From the NCBI RefSeq assembly GCF_009914755.1, contig NC_060930.1: DNA of 64,000 bases; one strand, written 5' to 3'. This document shows positions 37,011-49,099 of the stretch, in pieces. This DNA comes from the human T2T-CHM13v2.0 reference genome, Homo sapiens. Made by a program: the position numbers and the translations under genes. Under the pieces are notes generated by a model that was given only the letters and a program-made list of their open reading frames with translations, was not told where the DNA came from and searched no databases. The number at the start of each line of letters is the position of its first letter. Positions within the stretch are counted from its first letter, which is position 1.

Positions 37011-38768
37011 AGAATTTATAGAAGTAATAGAAATATGCTATTGTTTCTCAAGGAAAAGAAGAAATGATAGCAACCTTAAAGTTTAACTTTTATCAGTATT
37101 TAAAAATTATTACAGTTACATATTTTGAATGTGCAAAAGGTACTGTATATTTCCTCTGATCAGTGACCTCCCTTTATCAGAAAGACTGTCAAAAGGAAGA
37201 GTGAAACATTCTCCCTCTTAACTTACCTTTAACCACTTTTGTTTGTTTGTTTTTTTCTTACGGCAACTCAAAGCAAAGAGCTGGAGGAGCCAGCCATTAT
37301 AATTGCTTACTCTCATCGCTTAGCGCCCCAGGTGGGATGTGTTTCCAAAACACATTTTTGTATTTATAAGGAAATGTAGTTAGGATTAATTTTATTGTCC
37401 TAATTAGAACTCACATTTTGGTTAAATCCTCAATTTCATTAAAAAAAAAAAAATCAGTGTTTCTTAAGAGTGAATTAGGCAAAGGGAAGAAGACAATGGA
37501 TCACACTTTTTTAGGGAAAAGATCTTCCTCACAGTGGTGGGTGGGCTATTTGGGTGTGAAAAAACATAGGGCAACTTAATTAACCATGACAAAACAGACA
37601 AGTAAGTGCCTTTCAAAAAAATCAAACAAGGCTCTGCACGATCTTAATAATAAAAATTTTAGAAAAAAATGATTTTCATGTTAGTTCAGAGTTGATTGTC
37701 TAGGATAAATTAAAAAATGAAAGCTGTGGTAAATGACCTAAATATATTGCACTTTCTGATATTTTTTACATTTTAATGAAATATATGCCTTCAGCAAAGT
37801 GCACACATCATTACAGACATCTCAATGAATTTTCATAAAATGAACACATCCAGTAACCACCATCCAATCTAATGCACCATATACAGATGTTCCATATACT
37901 GTATATATATATACACACATTATATATATATAGCATGAAGATTACTTATACTAATTAATCATTAACTGTAAATATGAAGAATATTTATTTGTATTCATAT
38001 TTTTAAGAAGATTGAGATTTAACAGGATATTATAGAAGGGTTTAATTCACCTTTCAAGTTTGTTATAGTTTTTTTCCCCTTTTGTGTATTTTAATCACTT
38101 TATTTCACAGTAATTCTTTTGAAATAAAGGAGAGGTCAGCACTCCAGAGTTTTAGGTGGGAGACAGCAAAAAGTATATTTTGTTGATCTCACACGTAGAC
38201 CTACCATTTAGATTTGTTGTCAAGCCTGATTGAGGCCATTAGTGCCGTTTTTAAAAAATTATATTTGTTAAAAGGAAGATAATTTTTAAAACGAGAAAAA
38301 AATGGGCACAAGACATGAGACTGCCACAATACTGCAAATAGAATGTAAGGAAGGAAATAACTTTTAAGAAACAAATTTTGTTAAATTAAGTACCGTGACT
38401 AAATACTTTAATTCCTTTTCTTGTAGCCCGTAAGGATCATTTGACTTTGAACCTTTTAAGTCAAAGAGGAGTAGTCTGAAAGCCTGAACTCCCTACCACC
38501 CTGAGGGGGTGCGGGTGCGGCGGGGCCGGCTGGGGGCTTCCCCCACCCCCTGCTCCTGCGCCCTCCCCCCGCTTCCCCCTCCTCCCCTCCCTATCGCCCT
38601 CACCCCCCTTCTTCCCCCGTGACCCCTGACCCCAGCTAATCTGCATAGAGGAATGACAGGCATCCGCTGGGCAGGATCCGCCGCGCCGGCTGCGGCCGGC
38701 CGGGCTGGGAGACCCGCGCGGGGTAGAAGGTGAGGGGACCCGGCGGGCCGCTCGGCACAGGCCGGGAC

Positions 38769-38831
38769 ATGAACGCCTGGAAGTCTGGCTGGGAGCGGAC
38801 CCATGATCGAAGGACCAAAGGAGCCGCTTGA
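38769..38831 (+). other. Upstream ORF, 20 aa (MNAWKSGWERTHDRRTKGAA*)
   Basis: gacATGa at 38769 to TGA at 38829-38831, ending 29 nt before the main ATG. Relevant only if the TSS is upstream of 38769. Confidence 0.55.
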
Positions 38832-38860
38832 TCGCTGGACCTGGCCCTGCGACCCCAGTC

Positions 38861-38906
38861 ATGGGCCAGACCTCGGTGTCCACGCTGTCCCCGCAGCCCG
38901 GCAGCG
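38861..38906 (+). CDS. PHACTR2: First coding exon (partial CDS) of phosphatase and actin regulator 2: MGQTSVSTLSPQPGS + phase-1 G
   Basis: ATG in good Kozak context (gtcATGG) inside a CpG island, 15 codons + 1 nt, then canonical donor G|GTGAGT at 38907. The peptide matches my memory of the PHACTR2 isoform starting MGQTSVSTLSPQPGSVDGLDKAS. Exon 2 (VDGLDKAS...) is not seen in the window. Confidence 0.88.
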
Positions 38907-41334
38907 GTGAGTCCGGGGCGCACGCGATGCGCTCCCGCCGCGCGGGCGCAGGGCTGGCGGCGGGGCCCCGGGGCAGGCAGGGTTAGTCGTCTGGTCGGGT
39001 TCCGCTCGGACCCGCCAAGTCCCTCGGAGAAACCCCAGAGGTAGCGCTCGCCAAACTCTTTGTCGTGAAAGAGGAATGCCTTTTGGGATCCAGCCGATTT
39101 TACCTTAAAGGCACAGGCTCCATTTTTCTGTGCGCGATGCCTCGCTGTGGTTTTTTTATCCAAATTATTTCGGAGCCAGAAACTTACGGGAAACGCCATT
39201 TGCGTATTACAGTGTTTTTAAAAACGCGAAACTTAGAGAGCAAGAGAAACATGCCAACAGGTTTTTCTGTATTTACGCTTGGCTTCCGAACAGACTAGGA
39301 CTGAATGCTTTCAAGCTTGTCAACTGATTTATGGTTTGTTATTCGGAGTAGAAGCGCTGATCGCCTTATCCTGGCAGACGCTGAATACTTAATAACTAGC
39401 CCCGAAATGCGTAATTGTTTCAAATGAGACTTGTTTTGTTTATAGTAGATACAGCAGCTATAACATTTAGGGAAACATATCTCATGAACTTAGTTCTCCA
39501 GGACTAAAGTTAGTTTTATGGAGACGTGTGTAACGTGTCTGAGTTCTAATGCTCTGTTTTAAAAGTTTCTTTTTTCCATTTTCTTAAACAAAAAGAGGGA
39601 AGGAAGGTACGTCTGGCATTTCCCCGACAGTGTAGGGATAAAAAAAAAAAAAACTGTTTGGTGGTGTTACTTGTGATTGGATAAGGAAATAAATTTAAAA
39701 GGTACTATTTTGATATTTTTCCATCAACGATTAAAAATAAATAATACTCGAAGGGACCGTTTATGTTACTCATTGAGATATTTGATACACTTTTTAAATT
39801 GTGCAAACATCAACAGGATCTTGCTGAAAGGAAATGACAGGGTACAGAGGAAGGTTTTTTAATCTGCCTCAGGATGTCTAGCTAGATAGCATTCTGTCAT
39901 TCCAACCCCCCACCCCACTTTATACCCAGTGGGTTTCTTTAGGTAGCACAGCTTCACTCCCTGAGATACCACAAGCTTTGCTGAGGTTTCTGTTAATACC
40001 ACAGAAGACCCTTCTGCAAAGAAGAGACATCAGAATCAGAATATACCTTCTTTACCATTAATGACATGGCTACAGCTCTGAAATCAAAGACCTCATGTTG
40101 ACAGCTTTTTGAGAGATATTTGCGGGGAGGGGTTGAGTAGGATTTTAAATTTAGTAAACTATTTTGTGCAAATAAGACTTGGTTTCCTTTGTCTTACCTT
40201 AAAGTGGTGTGAGACTTCTTTTCATTTCAAGGAAGGGTTATATTTTTACATTTGTGCACCGGCGAAGATAGAATTAAATCTGTACTCCAATACAAGAGTA
40301 TACAGAAAGTATTGTCCTGAATTTAGTGATTTTATCACAAAATATTACTCGAGTGAATATTAGAAAAGCAAATTTTGCCTTAATAAAAATCAAGGAATAT
40401 TATATAAATGATGTCTCAGAAGCAAATAAAATCCTAAAGTGAGACTCCCTACGTCTTAGTACAGCAAAAAAAACCCGGATTGCTATAATTCCAAATAAAA
40501 TGACTGATTATAATGAGAAACTGTAATCTACTTAAGTAAAAAGTGTTTTAAACAAAAATTTATGCTTGATCATGAAAGATAATTCAGAGAAATATCTCAC
40601 GGAACGGTGTTATACTTAAATTGCAGGTCCTCAGTTTTGTGGATTAAAAGTTTGTATGAATTGAAATGACCAATCCATACATCATAAATGCAGGGTTTTT
40701 TATTTTTCAGTTAAGGAATGACAGTGGTTATGACTTAAGTTGTGGTATTGTAAAAGAACAGTTTTCTCGTGGTATCCAGTGTCTCTAAATCCGTTAGAGC
40801 TACCCTGTTTCCCTGAAGGTTTGCCATCAGATTCCAAATGAAAACCAAAAAAAAAAAAAATTAAATTAAATAACGTTTGCTGAGTTTTATATTCATGTCT
40901 GTATTTTTCTGAGTCTGAGACTGTCAAACTCTCTACTATTCCAGGTATTTTGTTCACTCCTTGTTAACTGTTTAACTCTGGCTTTACAGATGGCGTGAAG
41001 ATCCTTGTTCTGTTTGATCTTAGCCATTGACTAGTTGTTTAAGTCTGGAGCAGCTGCTTAGGATTACAGTATTAAAGATGATTCTCATCTTAAATGCTTA
41101 GTGGGCGAAAATCTGTTTAAGTCAAAGGAATCAATAGCACAGAGTTTAATTATTCATACTTATCGCTCAATTTGGCCTTTTGTAAAAATCTTCATTATAG
41201 GCTAGAAGTTAGCTTGCTTTCCCCGTTTTGACTTTAGGCTCTCTAGAGCCTTTCAGTTTAGGTTGCACCTAATTCTCTGGGTTCTAGGAAGACCATTAAT
41301 AATTTTTTCTGAAAATATGCAGTTAGATCCATTA

Positions 41335-43790
41335 TTAAAAAGAACAGCTGTATTGATGTATAATTCACATACTATAAAATTCACCCATGGAAAGTGTACA
41401 GTTCATTGTTTTTCAGTGTGTTCACAGTGTTGTGTGACCCTCAATCTCTGTTCCCACCCTATTCAACCAGTGGGCTCTACCTTAATGAAACACTAATCAA
41501 CTTTTCTGTCTCTATAGATTTTCTTATTGAGAACATTTCATGTCAATGGAATCATAATGTGTCATTTTGTGACTGGCTTCTTTCAGTTAGCATAATGTTT
41601 TCAAGGGTCATCCATGTTGTAGCATGTATCAGTTGTTCATTTCTTTTTATTGCCAAATAATATTCTACTGTATGAATATGCCACATTTTATTTATCCATT
41701 TATCAGTTGATGGACATTTGGGTTATTTCTGCTTTGGGCTATTTATGAATAATGCTGCTCTGAACTTAATGTACAAGTTGTTGTGAAGATATGTTTTCAT
41801 TTCTCAGGTATATATTTAGTAGTGGAATTGCTAGATTATATGGTAGGTAGTTCTATGTTTAACCTTTTATGGTGTTGCCAAACAGTTTCCAAAGAAGTTA
41901 GACCATTTTACATTCCCACCAGCAGTGTATGAAAGTTACAGTTTCTCCACATCCTTACCAACATTTGTTACTGTCTTTTTGATTATAGCCATCTTAGTAG
42001 GTGTGAAGTTATATCTCATGGTTTTGATTTCCTTTTCCCTAATTACTAATGACCTTGAGCATCTTTTCATGTGCTATTGGCCATTTGTATATCTTCTTTG
42101 GAAAAAATGTCTTCAGATCCTTTGCCTAATTTTAGTTGGATAATTTGACTTCTGTTGGAGTTTTAGTTCTTTGTATACTAGATCCAAATCCCTTGTCAGG
42201 TACATGATTTGCAAATATTTTCTGCCATTCTCTGGGTTGTCTTTTCATCTTGATAGAGTGATTTGCAGCTCAGATTTTTAAAGTTTTGATGATGAGCAGT
42301 TTATCAATTTTTTTCTTTTGTTGTTTGTGTTTTTGGTATCACATCTGAGAACTACAGCCTAACCAAGGCAAGAAGACTTACACCTGTGTTTTCTTCCAAG
42401 CGTTTTATAATTTTGGCTGTTACATTTAGGTCAGTAATACATTTTGAGTTAATTGTTATGTATGGCGTCATGTAGGGTTTCATTCTTTTACATGTGAATA
42501 TCCAATTGTTCCAGCACCATTTGTTGAAATGACCGTTCTTTCCCCATTGAATGGTGTTCCACCGTTGCCAAAAATTGATTGACTGTGTACATAAGGGTTT
42601 ACTTCTGGATTCTCAATTCTGCTCCATTGTCTCTTCTTATGCCAGTTACCACAATGTCTAGATTACTGTAGCTTTGTAGTAAATTTTGAAACCTAGAAGT
42701 ATGAGTTTTTCAATTTTGTTCCTTTAAAAGTTTCTACTGGTTATTCTGGTTCCCTTACATTTTCATATGAATTTTGCAATCAACCTGTCAATTTCTGCAA
42801 AAAAGCCAATTAGAGTTTTGATAGCAATGATATTGAACCTGTAGATCAATTTGGGTAGTACTGCTGTCTTAACAATATGAAGTCTTCTAATCCATGAACA
42901 TAGATGCCTTTCCATTTCTTTGTATCTTCTTTCTTTTCACCATGTTTTGTAGTTTTCAGTGTAGTGCAGTGGTGCGATCATGGCTTATCCACTGCACCCT
43001 CAACCTTCTGGGCTCAAGCGATCCTCCAACCTCAGCCTCCTGAGCAGCTGGGACCACTGGTGCCCACCACCATGCCCAGCTACTTTGTATTGTTGGTAGA
43101 GATGGGGTTTTCTGTGTTGCCCAGGCTGGTCTCAAATTCCAGATCTCAAGAGATCCACCCACCTGGGCCTTCCAATATTGCAGGGATTATAGGCATGAGC
43201 CACCATGCCTGGCCTGAACTCATTTTTTAGTCCTAGTAGTTTTTCAGTGGATTCCTTATGATTTTCTATATACATGATCATACTATATACAAGATCTATT
43301 TACATGTGCAAAGAAACAACATTTTAATTCCTCCTTTTAGAGTTGAATGCCTTTTATTTTATTTTTTTCTTATTTAATAGTTCTGGCTAGAACCTTTAGT
43401 CCAATGTTAAGTAGAAGTGGCAGTTGTGAGCATTTTTGTCTTGTTCCTGATCTAACAAAAAAAAGTTGTTTTTTTGTTTTTTGTTTTTTGTTTTTTTTTT
43501 ACCATTAACTGTGCTATTAGCTATGGGTTTCTTCATAGGTTCACTTTGTCAAAAAGTTCTCTGCTATTCCTACTTTGTCAGTGTTTTTATCATGAAAGAT
43601 TGTTCAATTTTGTCAAAGGTTTTTCCTGCCTCTATTGAGGTGATCATATGGTTTTTGTCCTTTATCCTATTCATTTGTCATGTTACGTTAATTGATTTTT
43701 GGTTGTTAAACCAACCTTGCATTCCTAGGATAAATCCCACTTGGGTAATGTGTATAATCCTTTTTGTATGTTGCTGGGTTAGGTTTACAA
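41335..43790 (-). mobile_element. L1MB-type LINE 3' half, interrupted by an Alu
   Basis: tgtgactggcttctttcagttagcataatgttttcaagg, acattcccaccagcagtgtatga, ccagcaccatttgttgaa, aaccaaccttgcattcc. Confidence 0.9.
42963..43214 (-). mobile_element. AluJ lacking its 3' end and tail
   Basis: Begins at agtgcagtgg with no poly-T, ends cctggcc. Confidence 0.85.
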
Positions 43791-44843
43791 AAGTATTTTA
43801 CTGAGAATTGGATCCATTATTTCTAAGTACAGGCTAAAACGATATGCCCTCAAATAGGATGGTTTCGGTACCCTCTGGCATCATGCCCTAGGAGGATTGA
43901 GACTTCTAGTATTTCATTGTGAAGTGTAGAGCATGGTAGATTGGATACAATACATTTTTGATGAATATATGAATGAGTCAACAAATAGTCTCAATAAGCA
44001 GCCTGACTGCTTTAAACCAATGATTATATGAATGAGAGGTATGTATTTTTTATATTCTTTTTTTAGTCCAAGAATTACATTACTCTGGCTCTATTGTCTG
44101 AAGGGTGGTATCTGAATCTAGTAATTATTTCTTCTAGTTTTTTCCAACCCCACCCCATTTTCACGGTGCCACAGATCAGCACTTGGCTGCTTCTCCTCAA
44201 TCCTTGGGTTGAAAGGGCAGACAATGCCACTGTCCCCATTTTTAAGAGACAAGAGAACAAGTAAATAAAGTGTGCAGGATCACACCTATGTTGTGATAGA
44301 ACCTGTATTCATCTGTGTCTCTGGGTTTCCAAGTTTTGTTCAGGGCCCTGTATTTGTCTTGTCCAGAATATTTATCCATTTCCTTGTAAACCAGGCACAG
44401 GAAGAGGTCCTAAAGGCAAAAGCTGATGGAGTTTGTTTTCTTTATTCCATAATATATACATGGTAGGAAGTCAAACATTACAAGATGGTTTGGGATAAAA
44501 ATGAATTTACTCCCTCCCAGAATCCTCCAGTCCCACTTTTCATCTATAACCCAGCATGAACAGTTTTTTTCATTCCACACAGTTTTCATTCATAGATATA
44601 TCTTTATCAGCAGTCAAACAAGACATACTATACTTACTGCTCTATACTTTGAATTTTTCGTGTAATATAACTTGAAAATACTTCCAACTTGTTCTCTTTA
44701 ATTCTATAAATGAACACTATTATAGTATGTGGATATATGAAAACTTCCTTTAAAAGAATCCTGTTGTATTTTAATATTGTTCCTGGGTTCTTTGCATATG
44801 TATATGCTCTTATGAACAATACTGAAATGAACATCCATATCTA

Positions 44844-45194
44844 TGACCTCTCTCTGCACTCCAGGCTCAGATATGCAACTCCCTATTTGACAGGTCTGCT
44901 TGAAAACTTGCTGGGCATCCCAGAGGTAACATGGATCTAATGGAAGGTTTGATTTTGTCCTCCAAGCCAGTTCTTCCCTTGACTTTCTACATTTCACCAA
45001 ATGATACCCCAACCACTCACTTATTCTAGCCCAAGATCTAGGAGTTATTCTTAGGTTTTCCTTTCCCCCTCCACATGGATCCATCAGCAGGTCTTGTTCT
45101 TTTTTCTTCCCAAATATATCTCAAGTCCATGCTCTTCTGTCTGTCCCTACTGCCACTATCCAAGCTCTGAGGCCATCCATTACATGGACAACTG
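44844..45194 (+). repeat. Local duplication, copy A (L2-derived)
   Basis: About 94% identical by manual alignment to 49121-49471. The ORF track shows the same peptide (ENLRITPRSWARISEWLGYHLVKCRKSREELAWRTKSNL) at both sites. Confidence 0.97.
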
Positions 45195-46550
45195 TAAACT
45201 ACATGTCCTAATGACATATTAGCAGTAGAGTTGCTAGGTCAAAAGATTTGTGTGTTTTATTTTGATAGACTTTGCTACATTATTCTCAAAGAGGCTTTCT
45301 CAGTGTTATCTGCTTATTATATGAGAATTTCTGTTTCTGTACTCTGTCACCACCACTGCATATCAGGGTCACTCTTAGCCCATAGCCTCGTGAGAATTAG
45401 AAGTCACTTCCTCTGGGTGAGGCAGCTAGCTCCACAGCACAGACTTAACAAGTGGAACTTTAGCATGTATTTAATTCCCACTCATTCTCTTACCTATGTG
45501 TCCTTCTGCAGTTAACACTCTACACAACTGTACATGACCACAATGCTGTGCATAAATAATTTTTTAGACTCTTTGTAAATCTATATGTAAAAAATGGCAT
45601 CTTATTTTGATTATGAGTGATGTAGGACATTTATATTTCTTTTTCTTTGAATTGCCTATTTATAGACTTTCCTTATTTTTATGGTTTCTTACAAATTTGT
45701 ATATTCAGGAGATTAACCTAATGTCTATCATATATTTTAACATTAAAAATTTTTTTCTTGTACCTTAAGTTTGTTTATAGTACTTTTTTATAGAAACCTT
45801 TAAATTTTTAAGTCAAGTTGATTAGTCGTTTTCTTTCTTACAGACTAGGGCTATTTCAAAAATGCTTTCCTCTGCTATTTTTCTCATGTTTTGAATATTT
45901 GATCTCTGTAATTTATTCTAGCTTAAGATGAATAGATTTAATAGTATAAAATTTTTAAACTTTTACATGGCCAAAAAAAATTAACATCAGAAAGTTGAAA
46001 AGGAAAATCATAAAGTTGAAAGAAATATTTAATTATATATGGAAAATAATAGTTAATATCATTAATGTAGTAAGACCTCTTAAAAGTCAGTAACAAAAAG
46101 ATAAGCAACCACATAGGAAAACAAGTAAACAACATGAACAGGCATTTTCCAAAATACCTAATGGTTACAATTGTGAACTCACTATGGGCCAGGAACTACT
46201 CTAAGTGCTTTACTTGAATTAACTTTTTAAAACTTATGACGTTCATCCGGGGTAACTAATATTAATATCCCCATTTTATAAATGAGGAAAACCAAAGTAC
46301 GAGAGCTAAGAAACTTGCCTATGTTACCTGACCAAAGAAGAACATAAGTGATCACTTGGTAAATGAAATAAGGTTTAAGCAATTAAATGAAAAAAAAAAA
46401 AAAAAAGGGATGCAACTGATCACCTATGAGTTTAGCAAAGATTAAAATGAGTAATTCCCAAAAGACAATTGTTTTGTGGTAATTTAAATTGGTACAACTT
46501 ATCAGAAAAGCAGTTTGGCAATATATATTAAGTCATAAAATGTGCACTTA

Positions 46551-46848
46551 GGCCGGGCGTGGTGGCTCACACCTGTAATCCCAGCACTTTGGGAAGCCAA
46601 GGCAGGTGGATCACCTGGGGTCAGGAGTTTGAGACTAGTCTGAACAAAATGGTGAAACCCCGTCTCTATTAAAAATATAGAAATTAGCCAGGTGTGGTGG
46701 CGGGCGCCCGTAATCTCAGCTACTTGAGAGGCTGAGACAGGAGAATTGCTTGAACTCGGGAGGCGAAGGTTGTAGTGAGCCAAGATTGCACCATTGTACT
46801 CCAGCCTGGACGACAGAGTGAGATTCTGTCTCAAAAAAAAAAAAAAAA
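46551..46848 (+). mobile_element. AluSx-like SINE
   Basis: Full dimer with A tail, TSD ...gtgcacttag. Confidence 0.93.
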
Positions 46849-47136
46849 GTGCACTTAGACTACACTTAGACCCAGTAGTTCTGCTCATAGAAGTATATTG
46901 TAAAAGAAATAATTAATTGCTCATAAAAACAATTTTTACAAAAGCCAAAAATTGGAATTAACTTAATAGTCAAGCATCAAGAGACTTGTTGAATTGATTG
47001 AGATAGACATGTGGTAGAATAAGCCATTTAAAAATGATGTAAAAATATTTTTAAAAGGCAATTTTTATGATAAATAGCATCAACATGTGAAAAGGCAGGT
47101 TATGAAGTAATATGATTCCATTTTTAAAATATGTAA

Positions 47137-47486
<350 letters not shown>

Positions 47487-49099
47487 AGGAACTTCATTCT
47501 TGAAGAGTTAGTGTGACAGTCATGGCTTTCCCCTGCTTTGGACATGATCGAACCCAAGGTTTCCATATCCACTGTCCACCTGGACCTTGACCGTAATTAA
47601 AGTCATGAGCTCACCTGCAACTGTACTAGCTTTTCTCCAGCTGCGTGGATTCTGAGCTTTAAGCTCAGTGGCTGGTTTTCAGCTACTTTTTTTTCCTTTG
47701 TCAGTGATGAAAATGAAAACATTGGTCCCAATATAGCCACCTTCTTTTTAGGTTTAATTGTTTTTTTAGTCTGTTCGATAATAATGTGAATGTCTCTTAC
47801 TTTGAGAGAAAGAATGTGAGCAAAATTTCAACATCACCTACTTCTCTTTGGTCCATAGCTCATCAGATTTGGTCAGTGACTAATATCCCAAATATTTTAA
47901 TTTTATTTTTAGCAGTCTGAAATAGCAAATAATAAATTTATTTTATTTTTAGCAGTCTGAAAACATAATGACTAATGAGCAAGTCACACGTCACCTCTTG
48001 CCTTCTTAATGCAGTGGGGAAGGAAACAAGAATTGTAAGAATTGGTCTTACAATTAAGCCTATTTAATTTGAATAGAGGGAAAATTCCAACATCTTTTCT
48101 TTGGGGACTTTACTGTAGCAGGTTAACTGCTAGTCTCTATTCTTGGGAGAAAATATTAATATTTAGTGAAGACTCAACTGATGCAAAAGTGATATTAAGG
48201 ATAGAAATAGTCTTAAGAAAATAAACACTTCTTGTTTCCTCCCCACAAAAGCAGGGGAACAAAAACCAAAACTACAGAAATGCGGAAAGGAATGGGCAAA
48301 TCACATTACTTGCTAAAAGGTCGGTCTAACCATTATCATTTATATTTATAAACCATCCCTCCATTTATTTTCATTTCAAGGGGCTGGATGTTTTTATTCA
48401 CATCAACCTTCTGGCAAGTAAAACACTGCAGCCCTTAACACTAAGGAAATTTGGCTGCCAAGGAAGGACTGAAGTGCTATTTTGCTTAAGAATATCCTGG
48501 AAAGCTGTGCTGGTATGTGCTTGGCAGGTATAGTCCTACAAATCAGCCTGTTTTATGAGGGGATATTAAGAAGGAGAAGAGTGGCACCTTCATGCAGCAA
48601 ACAGTTCCTAAATTAAAGTTATTATGTGTAAGGTGTTATGCTAAGCAAGGTGGGAAGTTTCAAAGATAAATCCTACACAGACCCTGCCCACAAAGCGTCC
48701 AGTCTAGAAGATGCTTAGTGAAAATATGCAGAAATGAGAGTGGAAGGGAAGGGATATGTAGAGAATTGTAGGACTAGATCAGGAGGCAAAACACATAATG
48801 GGGACAAGAATTCAGGCTCTGAAAAGGAAAGGGGTGGAAGGCAATACTGAAAGCCACAGGCAATGGGAACCACTGACGCTTTTTTTTTTTAAATCAAACC
48901 AGAGAAATGATTATTGCTTTGCCTCCGGAGATGAGTTGGCCTGCCGCATGCAGTATAGATTTCATGGGGAGAGACTGAAAGTGGGACCAAGAAGTAGGCT
49001 GGAATAATCCAGCAAGGTGAAGTGGATGCCTGATCTGGGGTGAGGGGTGGGTAGAGAAATGGGAGTAGGGTCTCACCCAACTCTCAACTCCCAGAGTTA

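Larger units (their letters stand above)
38490..39420 (+). promoter_or_regulatory. PHACTR2: CpG-island promoter / 5' UTR / first-intron start of PHACTR2
   Basis: Only GC- and CpG-rich stretch in an otherwise CpG-depleted window. Contains GC-box-like motifs (gggtgcgg, ggcggggc), no obvious TATA box, and surrounds the first coding exon. The exact TSS cannot be read from sequence. Confidence 0.9.

Noticed and set aside
37260-37452. Possible processed-pseudogene 3' end (ATTAAA merging into an A run)
   Set aside because: No TSD, no properly spaced poly(A) signal and no recognisable parent sequence.
38461-39199. Minus-strand ORFs of 103-187 aa over the CpG island
   Set aside because: Stop-codon scarcity in GC-rich DNA explains them; they are low-complexity Arg/Gly/Pro with no known family.
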